Source: a bacterium
GTDB taxonomy: Bacteria; UBA8248
NCBI GenBank assembly: GCA_963692865.2
Contig: OY843592.1
Coordinates: 1,632,001-1,696,000 of the forward strand
Length of the DNA stretch: 64,000 nucleotides
Reading direction: 5' to 3'
In this document: positions 39,738-51,938 of the stretch, in pieces
Layout of the letters: every line of letters starts with the position of its first letter
Numbering within the stretch: position 1 is the stretch's first letter
Position numbers and translations under genes: made by a program
Notes under the pieces: generated by a model
Seen by the model: only the letters and a program-made list of their open reading frames with translations
Told to the model about the DNA's origin: nothing
Databases searched by the model: none

Positions 39738-41270
39738 GTGGCGGATGAAGCGACGCCGTCGCCGGATGGGCGGGACGATGAAAACATCTTGATCCGGCAG
39801 CGGAGAAAGAAGCTCGAAGGGATTCGCGCGTCCGGCGCCAACCCCTTCGTGAACCGGTTCTTCACGACGCATCAAATCGGCGCCGTCGTCGAAGAGTTTC
39901 ATGAAGTGCCTGCGGATGGTTTCGATGAGGCGAAAGAAGCGAATTTTTCCGTGGCCGGAAGAATCATCGCCAAGCGGGTGCAGGGAAAGGTCGCCTTCGT
40001 CGATCTGCGCGACGGGACGGGGCAGATCCAGCTGTTCATTCGGATGAACGAAATCGGCGAGGAGGCTTTTCAGGCCGCCAGGGAGCTCGACATCGGCGAT
40101 ATCGTCGGCGCGGAGGGCGGGGTGTTCCGCACGAGGATGGGCGAACTCTCCGTCTGGGCGCGCCGGCTGAGCCTGTTGACGAAGAGTCTGAGGCCCCTGC
40201 CTGAAAAATGGCATGGCCTGCAAAACGTGGAGGCGCGCTACCGGCAGCGGTACGTGGATTTGATAGCGAACCCCGGCGTGGTCGAAGTTTTTCGGGCGCG
40301 CACCCGGATGATTCAGTCGATACGCCGCTTTCTGGACGACTTGAATTTTATTGAGGTCGAAACCCCGATGATGCAGGCCATCGCCGGCGGGGCGGCGGCC
40401 AGGCCGTTCACCACCTACCACAACACCCTGGAAATGCCTTTGTACCTCCGCGTGGCGCCCGAGCTCTATCTCAAGCGCCTGGTCGTCGGCGGAATGGACC
40501 GCGTCTACGAGATCAACCGCAACTTCAGGAACGAAGGCATATCCACGCAGCACAACCCCGAATTCACCATGCTGGAATTCTATATGGCGTATGCGGACTA
40601 CAACGATTTGATGGCGCTGACGGAGAAGATGCTGGGGTCGCTGGCCCGGGAGGTTTTGGGTGATGACGTGTTGAGGTACGGGGACGAGGAAATCTCGTTT
40701 CGGCCACCCTGGGCGCGGCGCAAATGGCGCGATTCCATCGTGGAGGTGGGCGGAGCGCCGAACGACGTCCTGGAAGATCAGGAAAAAGCCCGTCTCTTCG
40801 CCAGGAAAGTCGCGGAGCCCGAGGGTTATCCCATACCGGACGGGATGGGCCACGCGCGCATCCTGGAGTATCTGTTCGAGGAACTGGTGGAGCCGAAGCT
40901 CAGGCAGCCCACGTTCATTTATGATTTTCCAAAGGCCCTCTCGCCCTTGTCCAAGAGCCGGGAAGACGATCCCGATACCGTGGAGCGGTTCGAGCTCGTC
41001 ATCGCCGGGCGCGAGATCGCCAACGCCTACACGGAGTTGAACGACCCCGACGATCAGCGCGCGCGCTTCGAGGAGCAGGAAGCGGCGAGAGAGGCCGGCG
41101 ACGAGGAGGCCCACGAGATTGACCGGGATTATCTCACGGCCCTGGAATACGGCCTGCCGCCCACGGCGGGCGAGGGGATCGGGATTGACAGGCTTGCGAT
41201 GCTGCTGACGAATACGCATTCGATTCGCGACGTCATCCTTTTCCCCCTGATGCGGAAACAACAAGGCTGA
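39738..41270 (+). CDS. lysS: Lysine--tRNA ligase (class II)
   Basis: OB fold, [34 protein letters not shown]. Confidence 0.97.
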   Translation: MADEATPSPDGRDDENILIRQRRKKLEGIRASGANPFVNRFFTTHQIGAVVEEFHEVPADGFDEAKEANFSVAGRIIAKRVQGKVAFVDLRDGTGQIQLFIRMNEIGEEAFQAARELDIGDIVGAEGGVFRTRMGELSVWARRLSLLTKSLRPLPEKWHGLQNVEARYRQRYVDLIANPGVVEVFRARTRMIQSIRRFLDDLNFIEVETPMMQAIAGGAAARPFTTYHNTLEMPLYLRVAPELYLKRLVVGGMDRVYEINRNFRNEGISTQHNPEFTMLEFYMAYADYNDLMALTEKMLGSLAREVLGDDVLRYGDEEISFRPPWARRKWRDSIVEVGGAPNDVLEDQEKARLFARKVAEPEGYPIPDGMGHARILEYLFEELVEPKLRQPTFIYDFPKALSPLSKSREDDPDTVERFELVIAGREIANAYTELNDPDDQRARFEEQEAAREAGDEEAHEIDRDYLTALEYGLPPTAGEGIGIDRLAMLLTNTHSIRDVILFPLMRKQQG

Positions 41271-41272
41271 AG

Positions 41273-42532
41273 ATGTCCTTTTCCACGGAACTGTTCATCG
41301 GCTTCAGGCAATTGCGCTCGCGGAGCAAACTCGCCTTCGTCTCGCTCACCACCTGGATATCCGTGGTGGGCATCGCGCTGGGCGTCACCACCCTCATCGT
41401 CGTCGTGGGCGTCATGACGGGGTTTCAGCGGGAATTCCGCGACAAGATACTGGGCACGCAAAGCCATATCGTCGTCACGAGATCGGGCGCTTCCCTGATG
41501 CGCAAGTGGCCGGAGGTACTGGAAAAGGCGCGCGGTCACGAGGGCGTGGTGGCGGCGAGCCCCTTCGTGTACGGGCAGGCGATGTTCTCGTTCAACAACC
41601 GCGTGATGGGCGCGGTGGTGCGCGGGGTCGTGCCGGAACGGGAAATCGACGTGACGGACATCAGAAAGTACTTGAAGGATGGTTCGCTCAAGAAGGTGCT
41701 TGAGAAGCACGGCGGCAAGCCGGGCGTTATCGTCGGGGCCGAACTCGCGAGGAACCTGCTCCTCAAGGTGGGCGATTCGGTATCGATGGTCAGCCCCGTG
41801 GGCGTGGTTACGCCGATGGGCCTGGTGCCCCGGACCAAGAGTTTCCAGGTGGTCGGAATCTTTCGCAGCGGGTTTTACCAATACGACGCGAGCCTCGCGT
41901 TCATCTCGATGAAGGAGAGCCAGGCGTTCTTCGGGTTCGGAAAAGCCGTAACGGGGGTCCATTTGCGCGTGGAGGACATTTTCTCGGCCGAGCGTATTTC
42001 CCGCAAAATTCAGGGCGCCCTCTCGGGGGGGTATCTGTCGCGCTCCTGGCAGGAAATGAACCGCAAGCTGTTTTCCGCGCTGAAAACGGAGAAAACCACG
42101 CTTACCATTCTTCTTCTTCTCGTCGTGGTCGTCGCCGCCTTCAACATCGTCGGCTCGTTGGTCATGGTGGTGATGGAAAAGGGACGTGAAATCGCCATCC
42201 TGAAGTCGATGGGCGCGACGAGCGGCGCTATCTTGAGGATATTCTTCGTTCAAGGCGTTTTCATCGGTCTTTTGGGCGCCGTGCTGGGAATCGGCGGAGG
42301 CCTCGTCCTGGGCTGGAATCTCCATATAGTCGAGGGTTTTCTGGAGCGCGCGTTTGGTCTGGACATCCTGCCTCACAGCGTTTACCATATAGAGAAATTG
42401 CCGGTGCAGATGACGCCTTTTGACGTCTCTGTCACAGCGGTATCCGCTTTCTTGATCTGTTTGGCGGCGACACTTTATCCAGCGTGGCGCGCTTCTCGCG
42501 TCGATCCGGTAGAAAATCTCCGTTATGGTTGA
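41273..42532 (+). CDS. lolE: Lipoprotein-releasing ABC permease LolC/E
   Basis: GIALGVTTLIVV, EIAILKSMGA, YPAWRASRVDP. Confidence 0.88.
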   Translation: MSFSTELFIGFRQLRSRSKLAFVSLTTWISVVGIALGVTTLIVVVGVMTGFQREFRDKILGTQSHIVVTRSGASLMRKWPEVLEKARGHEGVVAASPFVYGQAMFSFNNRVMGAVVRGVVPEREIDVTDIRKYLKDGSLKKVLEKHGGKPGVIVGAELARNLLLKVGDSVSMVSPVGVVTPMGLVPRTKSFQVVGIFRSGFYQYDASLAFISMKESQAFFGFGKAVTGVHLRVEDIFSAERISRKIQGALSGGYLSRSWQEMNRKLFSALKTEKTTLTILLLLVVVVAAFNIVGSLVMVVMEKGREIAILKSMGATSGAILRIFFVQGVFIGLLGAVLGIGGGLVLGWNLHIVEGFLERAFGLDILPHSVYHIEKLPVQMTPFDVSVTAVSAFLICLAATLYPAWRASRVDPVENLRYG

Positions 42533-43259
42533 TCCGGGTATATTGGAGATGAGTGAGTCCGCTTCTCCGGGAGGCGCGTCGCCGCAGGTTATCGTCACCA
42601 GGGGCTTGGAGAAGTCATACCCCATGGGTGGCGGCGAGGTGGTGGCTCTGAGCGGCGTCGATCTCGAAGTCGGCCTTGGCGAGATGGTGGCCGTCATGGG
42701 GGTCTCGGGAGCGGGGAAAACCACCTTGCTCCATCTCTTGGGAGCGCTCGACAGGCCGACGAAGGGAGAAGTGATTCTGGAGGGCAAAAGCCTCTGCCGT
42801 TGCTCCGAAGCCGAGTTGGCCCGATTGAGAAATCTGCATGTGGGCTTTGTGTTCCAGTTTCATTACCTTTTGCCGGAGTTTTCCGGCCTGGAAAATGTTA
42901 TGATACCCGGGTTGCTGCGCGGGGCCCGTAAAAAAGAGACGGAGGAACAGGCGAAGGAATTGTTGTCTCGGATGGGTTTGGCCGACAGATGGAGTCATCG
43001 GCCGGGAGAACTTTCCGGGGGAGAGCAACAAAGGGTTGCGATTGCCCGCGCGTTAATTAACAATCCTTCTGTGGTGCTTGCGGATGAACCGACGGGGAAT
43101 CTGGATTCATCGACCGCAGAAACGATATTCGAGTTGCTTCGGGAAATTAACGAGCGAAGCGGGCAGACGATTTTGGTGGCGACGCACAATAATTCGATGG
43201 CGGAAAGAATGGATCGTGTGATCTCCGTGGTGGATGGGAAAATAGCTCATAAAGAGTAA
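42525..43259 (+). CDS. lolD: Lipoprotein-releasing ABC ATPase
   Basis: GVSGAGKTT, GFVFQFHYLL, LSGGEQQR, ADEPTGNLD. Confidence 0.92.
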   Translation: MVDPGILEMSESASPGGASPQVIVTRGLEKSYPMGGGEVVALSGVDLEVGLGEMVAVMGVSGAGKTTLLHLLGALDRPTKGEVILEGKSLCRCSEAELARLRNLHVGFVFQFHYLLPEFSGLENVMIPGLLRGARKKETEEQAKELLSRMGLADRWSHRPGELSGGEQQRVAIARALINNPSVVLADEPTGNLDSSTAETIFELLREINERSGQTILVATHNNSMAERMDRVISVVDGKIAHKE

Positions 43260-43269
43260 GGAGGGCCGT

Positions 43270-45714
43270 ATGTTCAAGCGATTCACCGAACGCGCCCGTA
43301 AGGTCATCATCTTGGCCAGAGAGGAAGCGGAACACTACCGACACGAATATCTGGGCACCGAACACGTCCTGCTGGGCGTGCTGAAAGACGGGGGTGGAAT
43401 CGCCATCGCCGTTTTGCAGAAGCTGGGGGTGGACCCCAAACAGCTTCGGCTGGAGCTTGAGCGTAATTTGCCCAAGAGTTTGAGCGGCCCCGTGGAAGGG
43501 GATATTCCGTTTACCCCGAAGGCGAAAAAGGTGCTTGAATACGCCGTCGAAGAGGCCCGCCTGATGGGTCACAACTATATCGGAACCGAGCATCTGCTGC
43601 TGGGCATCGTCAGGGAGAAGGACGGATTGGCCGCCAAGATACTGGCCAGCTTCGGCGTCAAGCTCCAGCAAACGCGGGAGCAGACCATCAACCTCCTCAG
43701 GGAGCCGGTGGCGGCGCGCTCTCGCGAGAAGAGCAAGACGCCGGCGCTCGACGAGTTTGGCCGGGACCTCACGGAGTTCGCCGACGAGGGGAAACTCGAC
43801 CCCGTCATCGGGCGGGAGAACGAGATAGAGCGCGTCATACAGATACTGGCGCGGCGCACGAAGAACAACCCCGTCCTCATCGGGGAGCCCGGCGTCGGTA
43901 AGACGGCGATTGTCGAGGGCTTGGCGCAGTCGATCATCTCGAAGGAAGTTCCCCAGATTCTGTACAACAAGCGCGTGGTTCAGCTCGATCTGGGCGCTTT
44001 GGTGGCGGGAACGAAATATCGCGGGCAATTCGAGGCGCGGCTCAAGGCCATCATGAAGGAGATCACCCAAAGCCAGGACGTGATCATCTTTATCGACGAG
44101 TTGCATACCTTGGTGGGTGCGGGTGCGGCGGAAGGCTCCATTGATGCCTCGAACATGCTGAAACCCGCGCTCAGCCGCGGAGAAGTCCAATGCATCGGCG
44201 CCACGACTCTGGATGAATATCGAAAATACATCGAGAAAAACGGCGCCCTGGAGCGCCGTTTCCAAAGCGTCATGGTGGATCCTCCATCCATGGACGACAC
44301 GGTCAGCATACTGAAGGGCCTGAGAGACAAGTATGAAAAACACCACCGCGCGCAGTTGACGGACGAGGCGCTTGTCTCCGCAGTTCGCCTGTCCTCCCAA
44401 TACGTGTCGGATCGCTTCCTGCCGGACAAGGCGATAGACGTCATCGACGAGGCGTGCAGCAAGGTTCGCCTCGAAAAAGAAACCTTTCCGAGCGACATTC
44501 GGGACCTGCAGCGCCAAATCGAAGAGACGGTTCGCACCAAAAAAGACATGATCGAGAAACAGGATTTTGAAAAGGCTGTCGAGTTGCGCGACCGGGAGGA
44601 GCAGGACAGAAGCAGGCTTGACGAGTTGAAGGCGGAGTGGGAAGCGGATCAAACGGACGAAGAGCCGTATGTCACCGACGAGGATGTGGCTTTCGTGGTC
44701 AGCCGGATGACCGGAATCCCGCTGCAGCGCATCGGAGAAGTCGAGAACGAGCGTCTTCTTCGGATGGAAGAGGAGTTGAACAGCCACATCATCGGGCAGG
44801 AAGAAGCCACGCGCGTGTTGACGAAGGCGGTTCGGCGCGCGCGCGCGGGTCTCAAGGGGCCGAAGCGCCCTATCGGCAGCTTCTTGTTCCTGGGGCCCAC
44901 GGGGGTGGGCAAGACCGAGATGGCCAGAATGCTCGCCCAGTTCATGTTCGGCGACCCCAACGCTCTGATTCGCATTGATATGAGTGAATACATGGAGAGG
45001 TTCAACGTCTCCCGCCTCACCGGAGCGCCTCCCGGATACGTCGGTTACGAGGAGGGGGGGCAGCTCACCGAGCGTGTCCGCAGAAAGCCTTACTCCGTCG
45101 TGCTTCTCGATGAAATCGAGAAGGCGCACCCGGACGTCTACCATGTCTTGCTGCAGGTGATGGACGATGGCTTGCTGACGGATAGTTACGGCCGCAACAT
45201 CGACTTCAAAAACACCATCATCATCATGACCTCGAATTTGGCGGCGCGGTCCATCGAGAAAGGCACGTCCCTCGGTTTCCAGAAGGTGGATACGGGGCTC
45301 GGCTTCGACAGGATCAAGGACAGCATTCGCGACGAGTTGAAGCGCACCTTCAATCCTGAGTTTCTGAACCGGATTGACGACGTCATCATCTTCCGGCCGT
45401 TGACCCACGAGGACATCCTCAAGATCGTGGATATCGAAATCGCCAAGGTCAACGAGACGCTGGGTGAAAAGGAAATGACGATTGAACTGAGCGAAGAAGC
45501 CAAGGACTGGCTTGCCAGGCAGGGGTTTGAACCGGCTTATGGAGCAAGGCCTCTGCGCCGCGTCATCCAAAGACACATCGAAGACACCCTCAGCGAAGAA
45601 GTTTTGCATGGTAAATTCCAGGATGGGGGAACGATCCTGGCGAAGCTGGCCGGGGACGAGTTGGTATTCGAACTGAAAGAAGACACGGAAGTGTTTAGTG
45701 TTCAGGACCTATAA
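43270..45714 (+). CDS. clpC: ATP-dependent Clp protease ATPase, ClpC type
   Basis: Double Clp-N domain, two AAA modules ([16 protein letters not shown]), UVR middle domain ([13 protein letters not shown]), LGF ClpP-binding loop. Confidence 0.92.
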   Translation: MFKRFTERARKVIILAREEAEHYRHEYLGTEHVLLGVLKDGGGIAIAVLQKLGVDPKQLRLELERNLPKSLSGPVEGDIPFTPKAKKVLEYAVEEARLMGHNYIGTEHLLLGIVREKDGLAAKILASFGVKLQQTREQTINLLREPVAARSREKSKTPALDEFGRDLTEFADEGKLDPVIGRENEIERVIQILARRTKNNPVLIGEPGVGKTAIVEGLAQSIISKEVPQILYNKRVVQLDLGALVAGTKYRGQFEARLKAIMKEITQSQDVIIFIDELHTLVGAGAAEGSIDASNMLKPALSRGEVQCIGATTLDEYRKYIEKNGALERRFQSVMVDPPSMDDTVSILKGLRDKYEKHHRAQLTDEALVSAVRLSSQYVSDRFLPDKAIDVIDEACSKVRLEKETFPSDIRDLQRQIEETVRTKKDMIEKQDFEKAVELRDREEQDRSRLDELKAEWEADQTDEEPYVTDEDVAFVVSRMTGIPLQRIGEVENERLLRMEEELNSHIIGQEEATRVLTKAVRRARAGLKGPKRPIGSFLFLGPTGVGKTEMARMLAQFMFGDPNALIRIDMSEYMERFNVSRLTGAPPGYVGYEEGGQLTERVRRKPYSVVLLDEIEKAHPDVYHVLLQVMDDGLLTDSYGRNIDFKNTIIIMTSNLAARSIEKGTSLGFQKVDTGLGFDRIKDSIRDELKRTFNPEFLNRIDDVIIFRPLTHEDILKIVDIEIAKVNETLGEKEMTIELSEEAKDWLARQGFEPAYGARPLRRVIQRHIEDTLSEEVLHGKFQDGGTILAKLAGDELVFELKEDTEVFSVQDL

Positions 45715-45769
45715 GTTCACGGGTGAAAAACCAAAACCTGTTTCCCCTTTTTCCTCGGGGGGTGGTTTC

Positions 45770-48085
45770 ATGCGTTGTGCGGCGAAGGTATCGGCCTGCG
45801 CCGTTTTGGCCGCCGTGCTTCTCCTTGCCCTTTCTCATGATGCGACGGGGCAGTCGGCTTCACCAGCCATCACGATACGGGCCATTGAAGTGCAAGGGAA
45901 TCGTCGGGTCGATCGCTCCACGGTTCTTTTTTACGTTCGGCTGAAAGCGGGGAAAAGCTACACGAACCTGGAGTTGGTCAAGCAAATTCGTGCGGATGTT
46001 CGAGCCATATACAAGCTGGGATTTTTCCGGGACGTGAAGGTTCAAGTGGAGTCTCTGGAAGGGGGACTCCGCGTGATTTATCAGCTCAGCGAAAAACCCA
46101 CGATCAATCAGATTGAAATCATCGGAAACAGCAATTTGGATCTCGAGAAGATCCGCGAGCGCGTCACGGTGAAGGTCCAGACCATCGTCAGTGAATCCAT
46201 CCTGAAAGAAACCGTTCGGAACATCCGGAAATTATACCAGGAGAGCGGATATTATTTCGCGCGCATAGAGGCCGTTCTGAAGGAAAGCGGCCAGAATACG
46301 GTGGCCGTCACGCTCTTGATAGATGAAGGCGAAAGCGTACGCATCGGCGCAATCGATTTTGAGGGCAACGCCAATGTCTCCAGAAGAGATTTGCTCAAGG
46401 CGATGGAAACCGGTGAAACCGGCTTTTTTTCCTTTATCACGAGTTCGGGGATATTTAACGAAGATGAACTGCAAAAGGATTTGGTGCGGATTCGTCTGCT
46501 GTATCAGAGCCGCGGGTACGCGAAAGTCCAGGTCGGGCAGCCCGTTATTCGCGAGGAACGGGCAAGGGGCCGGATATATATAACGATACCGATCAGTGAA
46601 GGTTTTCAGTACAAAATCGCAAAAATTGATATTCGCGGCGGAGAGGATGTCATCCCTCAGGAAGAGATCAGGGAGAAGATGCTTCTTTTCGCGGGAGATG
46701 TTTTCAACAAAACCCGCCTGGTCTCCGACGTGCGGGCGATAACGAATCAGTTTTCCGACCGTGGCTATGCGTTTGCGGATGTCAATAGTTTCACGAAAAC
46801 GGACGATGAGAAGAAAACGGTCGACATTACCGTTCGAATCGATAAAGGGCGAAGAGTATACATCGGAAAAGTGGAAGTAAAAGGCAATACCCGCACTCGT
46901 GAGAACGTAATCCGGCGGGATGTCCGCGTTATCGAGGGGTCTCTGTATAGCGCGAAAGGGTTGGCGTTGACGCGTCGGCGCCTCGTTCGCAAGAATTATT
47001 TCGAAACCGTGAAAGTCGTTGAAAAACGGCGTCCCGGCAGCGACGAAATACTCGATGTCGAGATTGAAGTGAAGGAGAAGCCGACCGGCTCCATAACGGG
47101 CGGCATCGGCGTCAACAGCGACGAGGGTTTCTATGGGCAGGGTGAATTAAAGGAGTCGAATTTATTCGGCAAGGGTTTGGTTGGTTCATTGTTCACGAGA
47201 GTTTCTTCCGAGCGCCTCGATTTGGTTGCGGAATACCTTGACCCCAATTTTCGGGATTCCGGATTCTCGCTCGGGGGAAGCCTGTTTTTCGTCGATCAGG
47301 AATATGAGACCTTTGACAACAAGAAAAAGGGTGGCCGCATAACGGTCGGCAGGGAATTTCAGGAATTCTTGAACGCTTTCGTCTCTTTTGAGATCGCGGA
47401 ATCCCTTATCAGCAATGTCGCCGACGGGGCGACGTCCACGATTCTCGATCAGGAGGGAGAAACTTTTCTGGAAAGCAGCATTATTCCGAAGTTGGTTTAC
47501 GATAACCTGAACAGGCCCATTTTCCCGACGGACGGCACGTTCTGGAGCATTGCCTCCACCATTTCTACTTCAATGTTGGGCGGAAATGTCGACGTATTCT
47601 CCGCCGAGGCGGAATTCAGGCGGTACTATAATATCGGGGAAAGTTTCCGGAACCGCGTTTTGCGGAATTTGATTTTGGGTTTGCGGGGGAACGTCCGCTA
47701 CGTTGACGCTTTCAAGGACGATGTGCCCGCGTTCCGCCGTTTCTACGCCAGTTCAAAGCGCGCCGTTCGAGGCTTCGGTTCCAGCGATCTGGGGCCTCAA
47801 AATGCAAAGGGCGAAGCGATAGGCGGGTTTTCCTCCGCTCTCGCCTCCGTCGAATTGACGCATCCTTTCATCGGGCCGACTCAAGTCGCGGTTTTCTTCG
47901 ACATGGGAAACATTTGGGATGAGGATAATGCGTTTGACATGGGCGAATTGCGCTACGGCGCCGGGGTCGGTTTACGCATCGTGACGCCAATCGGTCCCAT
48001 GCGGTTCGATGTTGGATACAAACTGGACAGAAAATCGAACGAACGCAGAAGAGAAACGCATGTGGGAATCGGCGCTGCGTTTTAG
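45770..48085 (+). CDS. bamA: Outer membrane protein assembly factor BamA
   Basis: Signal peptide, POTRA repeats, VRGF, TPIGPMRF, C-terminal Phe. Confidence 0.95.
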   Translation: MRCAAKVSACAVLAAVLLLALSHDATGQSASPAITIRAIEVQGNRRVDRSTVLFYVRLKAGKSYTNLELVKQIRADVRAIYKLGFFRDVKVQVESLEGGLRVIYQLSEKPTINQIEIIGNSNLDLEKIRERVTVKVQTIVSESILKETVRNIRKLYQESGYYFARIEAVLKESGQNTVAVTLLIDEGESVRIGAIDFEGNANVSRRDLLKAMETGETGFFSFITSSGIFNEDELQKDLVRIRLLYQSRGYAKVQVGQPVIREERARGRIYITIPISEGFQYKIAKIDIRGGEDVIPQEEIREKMLLFAGDVFNKTRLVSDVRAITNQFSDRGYAFADVNSFTKTDDEKKTVDITVRIDKGRRVYIGKVEVKGNTRTRENVIRRDVRVIEGSLYSAKGLALTRRRLVRKNYFETVKVVEKRRPGSDEILDVEIEVKEKPTGSITGGIGVNSDEGFYGQGELKESNLFGKGLVGSLFTRVSSERLDLVAEYLDPNFRDSGFSLGGSLFFVDQEYETFDNKKKGGRITVGREFQEFLNAFVSFEIAESLISNVADGATSTILDQEGETFLESSIIPKLVYDNLNRPIFPTDGTFWSIASTISTSMLGGNVDVFSAEAEFRRYYNIGESFRNRVLRNLILGLRGNVRYVDAFKDDVPAFRRFYASSKRAVRGFGSSDLGPQNAKGEAIGGFSSALASVELTHPFIGPTQVAVFFDMGNIWDEDNAFDMGELRYGAGVGLRIVTPIGPMRFDVGYKLDRKSNERRRETHVGIGAAF

Positions 48086-48100
48086 CGCGGGTATGCCGTA

Positions 48101-48697
48101 TTGTCTTTGGCGTGGAGGATGTTTGACGTGAGGCGTTTCGGGTTATCGGTTTTGCTCCCATCGATATTTTTCGCATTTGCTTATGCGGGCGACGTGGAGT
48201 CGGCGAGTGCGAAATATGGCGTCGTCAACATTCAGCGCGTGTTGCGGATTTCAAAAGGCGGAAGGGCTGCGAGTTCGTCTTTGAACAGGGAGAAAAAAAG
48301 GCTTGAAGGCGCGATTCGAAACAGGCGTGAAGGTTTGGCCAAAATGGCGAATAAAGTGCGGGACCTGCAATTGGAGATCGATCAGAAAAGCGCGGTTTGG
48401 CGGCCGGAAGAAAAAGAACGCAAGTCGTTCGAGTTGAGAGCCCATAGAAGGGACCTGGCGCGCGAACAGGACAATCTGAGGCGGTTGTTGCGGGAGAGTC
48501 AAAGAGACCTTGAGGAGCGCCGAAGGATAGCCGTGGCGCAGGTCTTGAAGGAAATTCGCGGCATCGTTCATGAACTCGGAAAGCAAGAAGGTTTGGATGT
48601 CGTTGTAGACAGCGCCTCCGGCGGTGTTTTGTTCGCCAACCCGAGAGTGGATCTGACGGAGAAGGTGATCAAGCAATACGATCAGAAGAAGAAATAA
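48101..48697 (+). CDS. skp: OmpH/Skp periplasmic chaperone
   Basis: Signal peptide, YGVVNIQRV, coiled coil, DLTEKVIK; position after bamA. Confidence 0.88.
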   Translation: MSLAWRMFDVRRFGLSVLLPSIFFAFAYAGDVESASAKYGVVNIQRVLRISKGGRAASSSLNREKKRLEGAIRNRREGLAKMANKVRDLQLEIDQKSAVWRPEEKERKSFELRAHRRDLAREQDNLRRLLRESQRDLEERRRIAVAQVLKEIRGIVHELGKQEGLDVVVDSASGGVLFANPRVDLTEKVIKQYDQKKK

Positions 48698-48698
48698 A

Positions 48699-49706
48699 AT
48701 GCTTCTCGCGGACATCGCAAACCTGCTCGGGGGGGACTTGATCGGCGACGGGAACGTGGACCTGGAGGACGTGGCCGAGTACGAAAAAGCTTCGCCCAAG
48801 GATTTGAGCTATGTGGAGTCGGTGAAAAGGCTTGCCGCGCACTCCGACGCAGGCGCGCTTATCATCCCCCAGGGCGTGGAAATTGAGCGTCCATGTATCT
48901 CGACGAAAAATCCTCGCTTGTATTTCGCCCGCGCCGTCCGCTTGTTCCGCCCGCCTCAAAAATTCCAACCGGGGGTTGACGCCAACGCCAGTATCTCCGA
49001 CGCGGCCCGCCTGGGCGACGATGTGTACATAGGGCCGTTCGCGTCTCTTGCCGATGGCGTCGTGGTGGGCGATGGTTCCTGTATCGGGGCGGGCGTGCAT
49101 GTCGGCCAAAACGTGAGGATAGGCTCTGAATGTCATATCTACCCGAATTGCGTTTTGGGTGACGGTGTGATGATAGGGTCGAGAGTGATTCTTCATGCGG
49201 GGGTTGTCGTCGGGGCGGATGGGTTTGGGTATGTTCCCGACGAGGAGGGCCGTATTTTCAAATACCCGCAAACGGGCACGGTCGTCATCGAGGACGATGT
49301 GGAAATCGGGGCGAACACCACGATCGATCGCGCCACGCTGAGGGAAACGAGGATCGGCCGAGGCACGAAAATCGACAATCTGGTGCAGATTGCGCACAAC
49401 GTCGTGATTGGAGAGAACTGCATATTGGCCAGTCAGGTGGGCATCTCGGGCAGCGTCAGAATCGGCCGGGGCGTCATGATGGGCGGCAATGTCGGCGTGG
49501 CGGATCATGTCGAAATCGGTGACGGCGCGAAACTCGCAGCGAGGGCCGGCGTGCCGAAGAGTCTGGAGGGGGGCAAAACGTACATGCACAATCCCGCGGC
49601 GGAAATTCGGGATGCGCGCAGGCGAATCGCGGTTTTGAGGAATTTGCCGAGGCTCGCGGCAAGAGTGAACGAACTCGAAAGAAAGATGGGCGAACCGGAA
49701 TCATGA
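48699..49706 (+). CDS. lpxD: UDP-3-O-acyl-glucosamine N-acyltransferase
   Basis: Hexapeptide repeats, [20 protein letters not shown]. Confidence 0.95.
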   Translation: MLLADIANLLGGDLIGDGNVDLEDVAEYEKASPKDLSYVESVKRLAAHSDAGALIIPQGVEIERPCISTKNPRLYFARAVRLFRPPQKFQPGVDANASISDAARLGDDVYIGPFASLADGVVVGDGSCIGAGVHVGQNVRIGSECHIYPNCVLGDGVMIGSRVILHAGVVVGADGFGYVPDEEGRIFKYPQTGTVVIEDDVEIGANTTIDRATLRETRIGRGTKIDNLVQIAHNVVIGENCILASQVGISGSVRIGRGVMMGGNVGVADHVEIGDGAKLAARAGVPKSLEGGKTYMHNPAAEIRDARRRIAVLRNLPRLAARVNELERKMGEPES

Positions 49707-50143
49707 TGGATAGCCGGCGAATACGGAAAATAATCCCACACCGGGATCCGTTTCTTTTCGTCGATCGGGTAATGGATATAGACCCTGAAGAAGTTTCTAT
49801 CGTAGCCCAGAAGAGCATTACCAGGGATGAGCCTTGTTTGGCGGGTCATTTCCCCGGCAACCCCATCATGCCGGGCGTGTTGGTCGTGGAAGCTTTGGCG
49901 CAAACCGGTTTGATTTGCCTGTTCGAGTTGAAATTGGCCGACCCCGGGGCTGAATTTTTCTTCACGGGCATCGAGCAGGTGAAATTCCGGCGTCCCGTCG
50001 TTCCCGGCGATTTGCTGGAGTTGCGCGCGAAACTCCTGAAGAACAAAAGGACTATATGGAAGTTCGAAGGGCGGGCGTTTGCAGGGGGGCAGATAGCCGC
50101 CGAAGGTCTTTTCACCGCCTATGCCGTCCCCCGATCCCGATAG
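49703..50143 (+). CDS. fabZ: 3-hydroxyacyl-ACP dehydratase
   Basis: [30 protein letters not shown]. Confidence 0.95.
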   Translation: MMDSRRIRKIIPHRDPFLFVDRVMDIDPEEVSIVAQKSITRDEPCLAGHFPGNPIMPGVLVVEALAQTGLICLFELKLADPGAEFFFTGIEQVKFRRPVVPGDLLELRAKLLKNKRTIWKFEGRAFAGGQIAAEGLFTAYAVPRSR

Positions 50144-50146
50144 ACG

Positions 50147-50929
50147 TTGAACGATATAGCCACCACATCGCATATCGACCCGGGAGCGCGTCTCGGGCGG
50201 GATTTGAAAATCGGCCCGGGGGCTTTCGTGGGCCCGGACGTAGTTCTCCGGGATGGATGCGAAATCGGGGCGAACGCGGTTATTCAGGGCCCCGCCGTTG
50301 TCGGTGATGGGTGTCGAATTTTTCCGAACGCCGTCATCGGCCTCGAAGCACAAGTTGTCGATTTGCCGTCGGATTCGGGCGGAGTGGAAATCGGCGCGGG
50401 TACCGTCATCCGTGAAACGGCGACGATCCACCGATCCATGTATCAGGGGCAGAACACGATAATCGGCAGAAAATGCTACATCATGGTCGGCGCGCACGTG
50501 GGCCACGATTGTCTCGTGGGCGATGAGGTCGTCATGGTGAACCATTGTTCTTTGGGGGGGCACGTGGAAGTCGGGGATAGGTGCTTCATCTCCAACTTCA
50601 TCGGCGCGCATCAGCGTATGCGAATCGGAGAAGGGGCGATTCTGGTGGGTCCCACCGCGGTGAGGAAAGACGTGCCTCCGTTCGTCAAAATGGCGGGCGC
50701 TCCGTTCCGCGTGGTCGGGCTGAACGTGGTCGGTTTGCGCAGAAGAGGCGTTTCGGCCGACGTGAGGGCGAACATCAAGAGAGCGTATGGAATCCTCTAC
50801 AACGAGCCGGGCACGATGGCGCAAAAACTAGAGAGAGTAGAAGCGCAAGCGACGTTAGGAGCGGAAATCCGATCCGTGGTAGAATTCGTGCGCAATTCGA
50901 AGAACGGCATCTATCAAGGCCGCGTGTAA
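50147..50929 (+). CDS. lpxA: UDP-GlcNAc(3N) acyltransferase
   Basis: Left-handed beta-helix, AHVGHDC, LGGHV, KDVPPF, GLNVVGLRRRG. Confidence 0.93.
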   Translation: MNDIATTSHIDPGARLGRDLKIGPGAFVGPDVVLRDGCEIGANAVIQGPAVVGDGCRIFPNAVIGLEAQVVDLPSDSGGVEIGAGTVIRETATIHRSMYQGQNTIIGRKCYIMVGAHVGHDCLVGDEVVMVNHCSLGGHVEVGDRCFISNFIGAHQRMRIGEGAILVGPTAVRKDVPPFVKMAGAPFRVVGLNVVGLRRRGVSADVRANIKRAYGILYNEPGTMAQKLERVEAQATLGAEIRSVVEFVRNSKNGIYQGRV

Positions 50930-50958
50930 GTGTAGGTTTTTTAGGAGGTTGGGAGTCC

Positions 50959-51930
50959 ATGCTGGACCCTTTGCGAGTCGGCGTCGTCGGCGTCGGACAT
51001 ATGGGCAGCTACCATGTGGCCGCGCTTTCCGAACTATTGGACGCGAATTTGGCGGCTGTTTGCGACCTGGACGCCGAACGCGCCCGGGAATTGGCCGATA
51101 GATACGGGGCCGAGGCGTTTTCCGACCCGGCCGACCTGATCGGCCGCGTGGATGCCGTCACCATCGCCGTTCCCACCCTGCAGCATTTCGCCGTGTCCCG
51201 GATATTCCTCGAGAACGGCGTTCATATCCTGGTGGAGAAGCCCATTTGCACGACGATGGAAGACGCCCGGAAACTATTCGACCTGGCCACCCAAAACAGT
51301 CTGGTTCTTCACATCGGCCACGTGGAGCGGTTTAACGGCGCCGTCCAGGAATTGGGCAACATCGTGGATGCCCCCACCCTGATTGAATGCCGCAGGTTGG
51401 GGCCCTTCACGCCGAGAGTCAGGGAAGACGGCGTGGTGCTCGACCTGATGATTCACGATCTCGACATCGTCTTGCGGCTGGTGGACGAGAAGATCGATTT
51501 GCTCTCGGCAACCGGCGCGAACGTCTTGTCCGAACGGGACGACGTGGCGAACGTGCAGATTTGTTTTGCCGGCGGATGCGTGGCGAGCCTGACGGCGAGC
51601 CGGGTGACGCAGAACAAGATCAGGACGCTTTCCGTGTCGCAACCCGACGCGTTCATTACGCTCGACTATGCGGATCAGGAACTCAGAATTCACCGCCGGG
51701 CGATGAGTGAGCATCAGTTGACCCGCGAGGAACTCAAATACCGCGAGCAGTTTCAAGTCGAAAGGGTATTTGTCCACAAAGGCAATCCGCTCAAGCTGGA
51801 GTTGCGGCATTTCCTGCAGGCGGTGCAGGCGCGGGAGGTCGTTGCCGATCCGGAAAAGGAATTGCGCTCCCTGGATATCGCCATTCGCGTCGTAGAGATG
51901 TTGAAAAGCGCCATGCCCTCGATTTACTGA
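50959..51930 (+). CDS. gnnA: Gfo/Idh/MocA oxidoreductase, probable GnnA (UDP-GlcNAc 3-dehydrogenase)
   Basis: GVGHMG, VEKP, GHVERFN, DLMIHD; lies between lpxA and lpxI/lpxB. Confidence 0.72.
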   Translation: MLDPLRVGVVGVGHMGSYHVAALSELLDANLAAVCDLDAERARELADRYGAEAFSDPADLIGRVDAVTIAVPTLQHFAVSRIFLENGVHILVEKPICTTMEDARKLFDLATQNSLVLHIGHVERFNGAVQELGNIVDAPTLIECRRLGPFTPRVREDGVVLDLMIHDLDIVLRLVDEKIDLLSATGANVLSERDDVANVQICFAGGCVASLTASRVTQNKIRTLSVSQPDAFITLDYADQELRIHRRAMSEHQLTREELKYREQFQVERVFVHKGNPLKLELRHFLQAVQAREVVADPEKELRSLDIAIRVVEMLKSAMPSIY

Positions 51931-51938
51931 AACTTCCC

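Noticed and set aside
28790-45609. Long alternative or antisense ORFs (28790..31099, 34724..36664, 36346..38313, 39735..41264, 43147..45609)
   Set aside because: Expected stop-poor shadows of high-GC genes, with no motifs.
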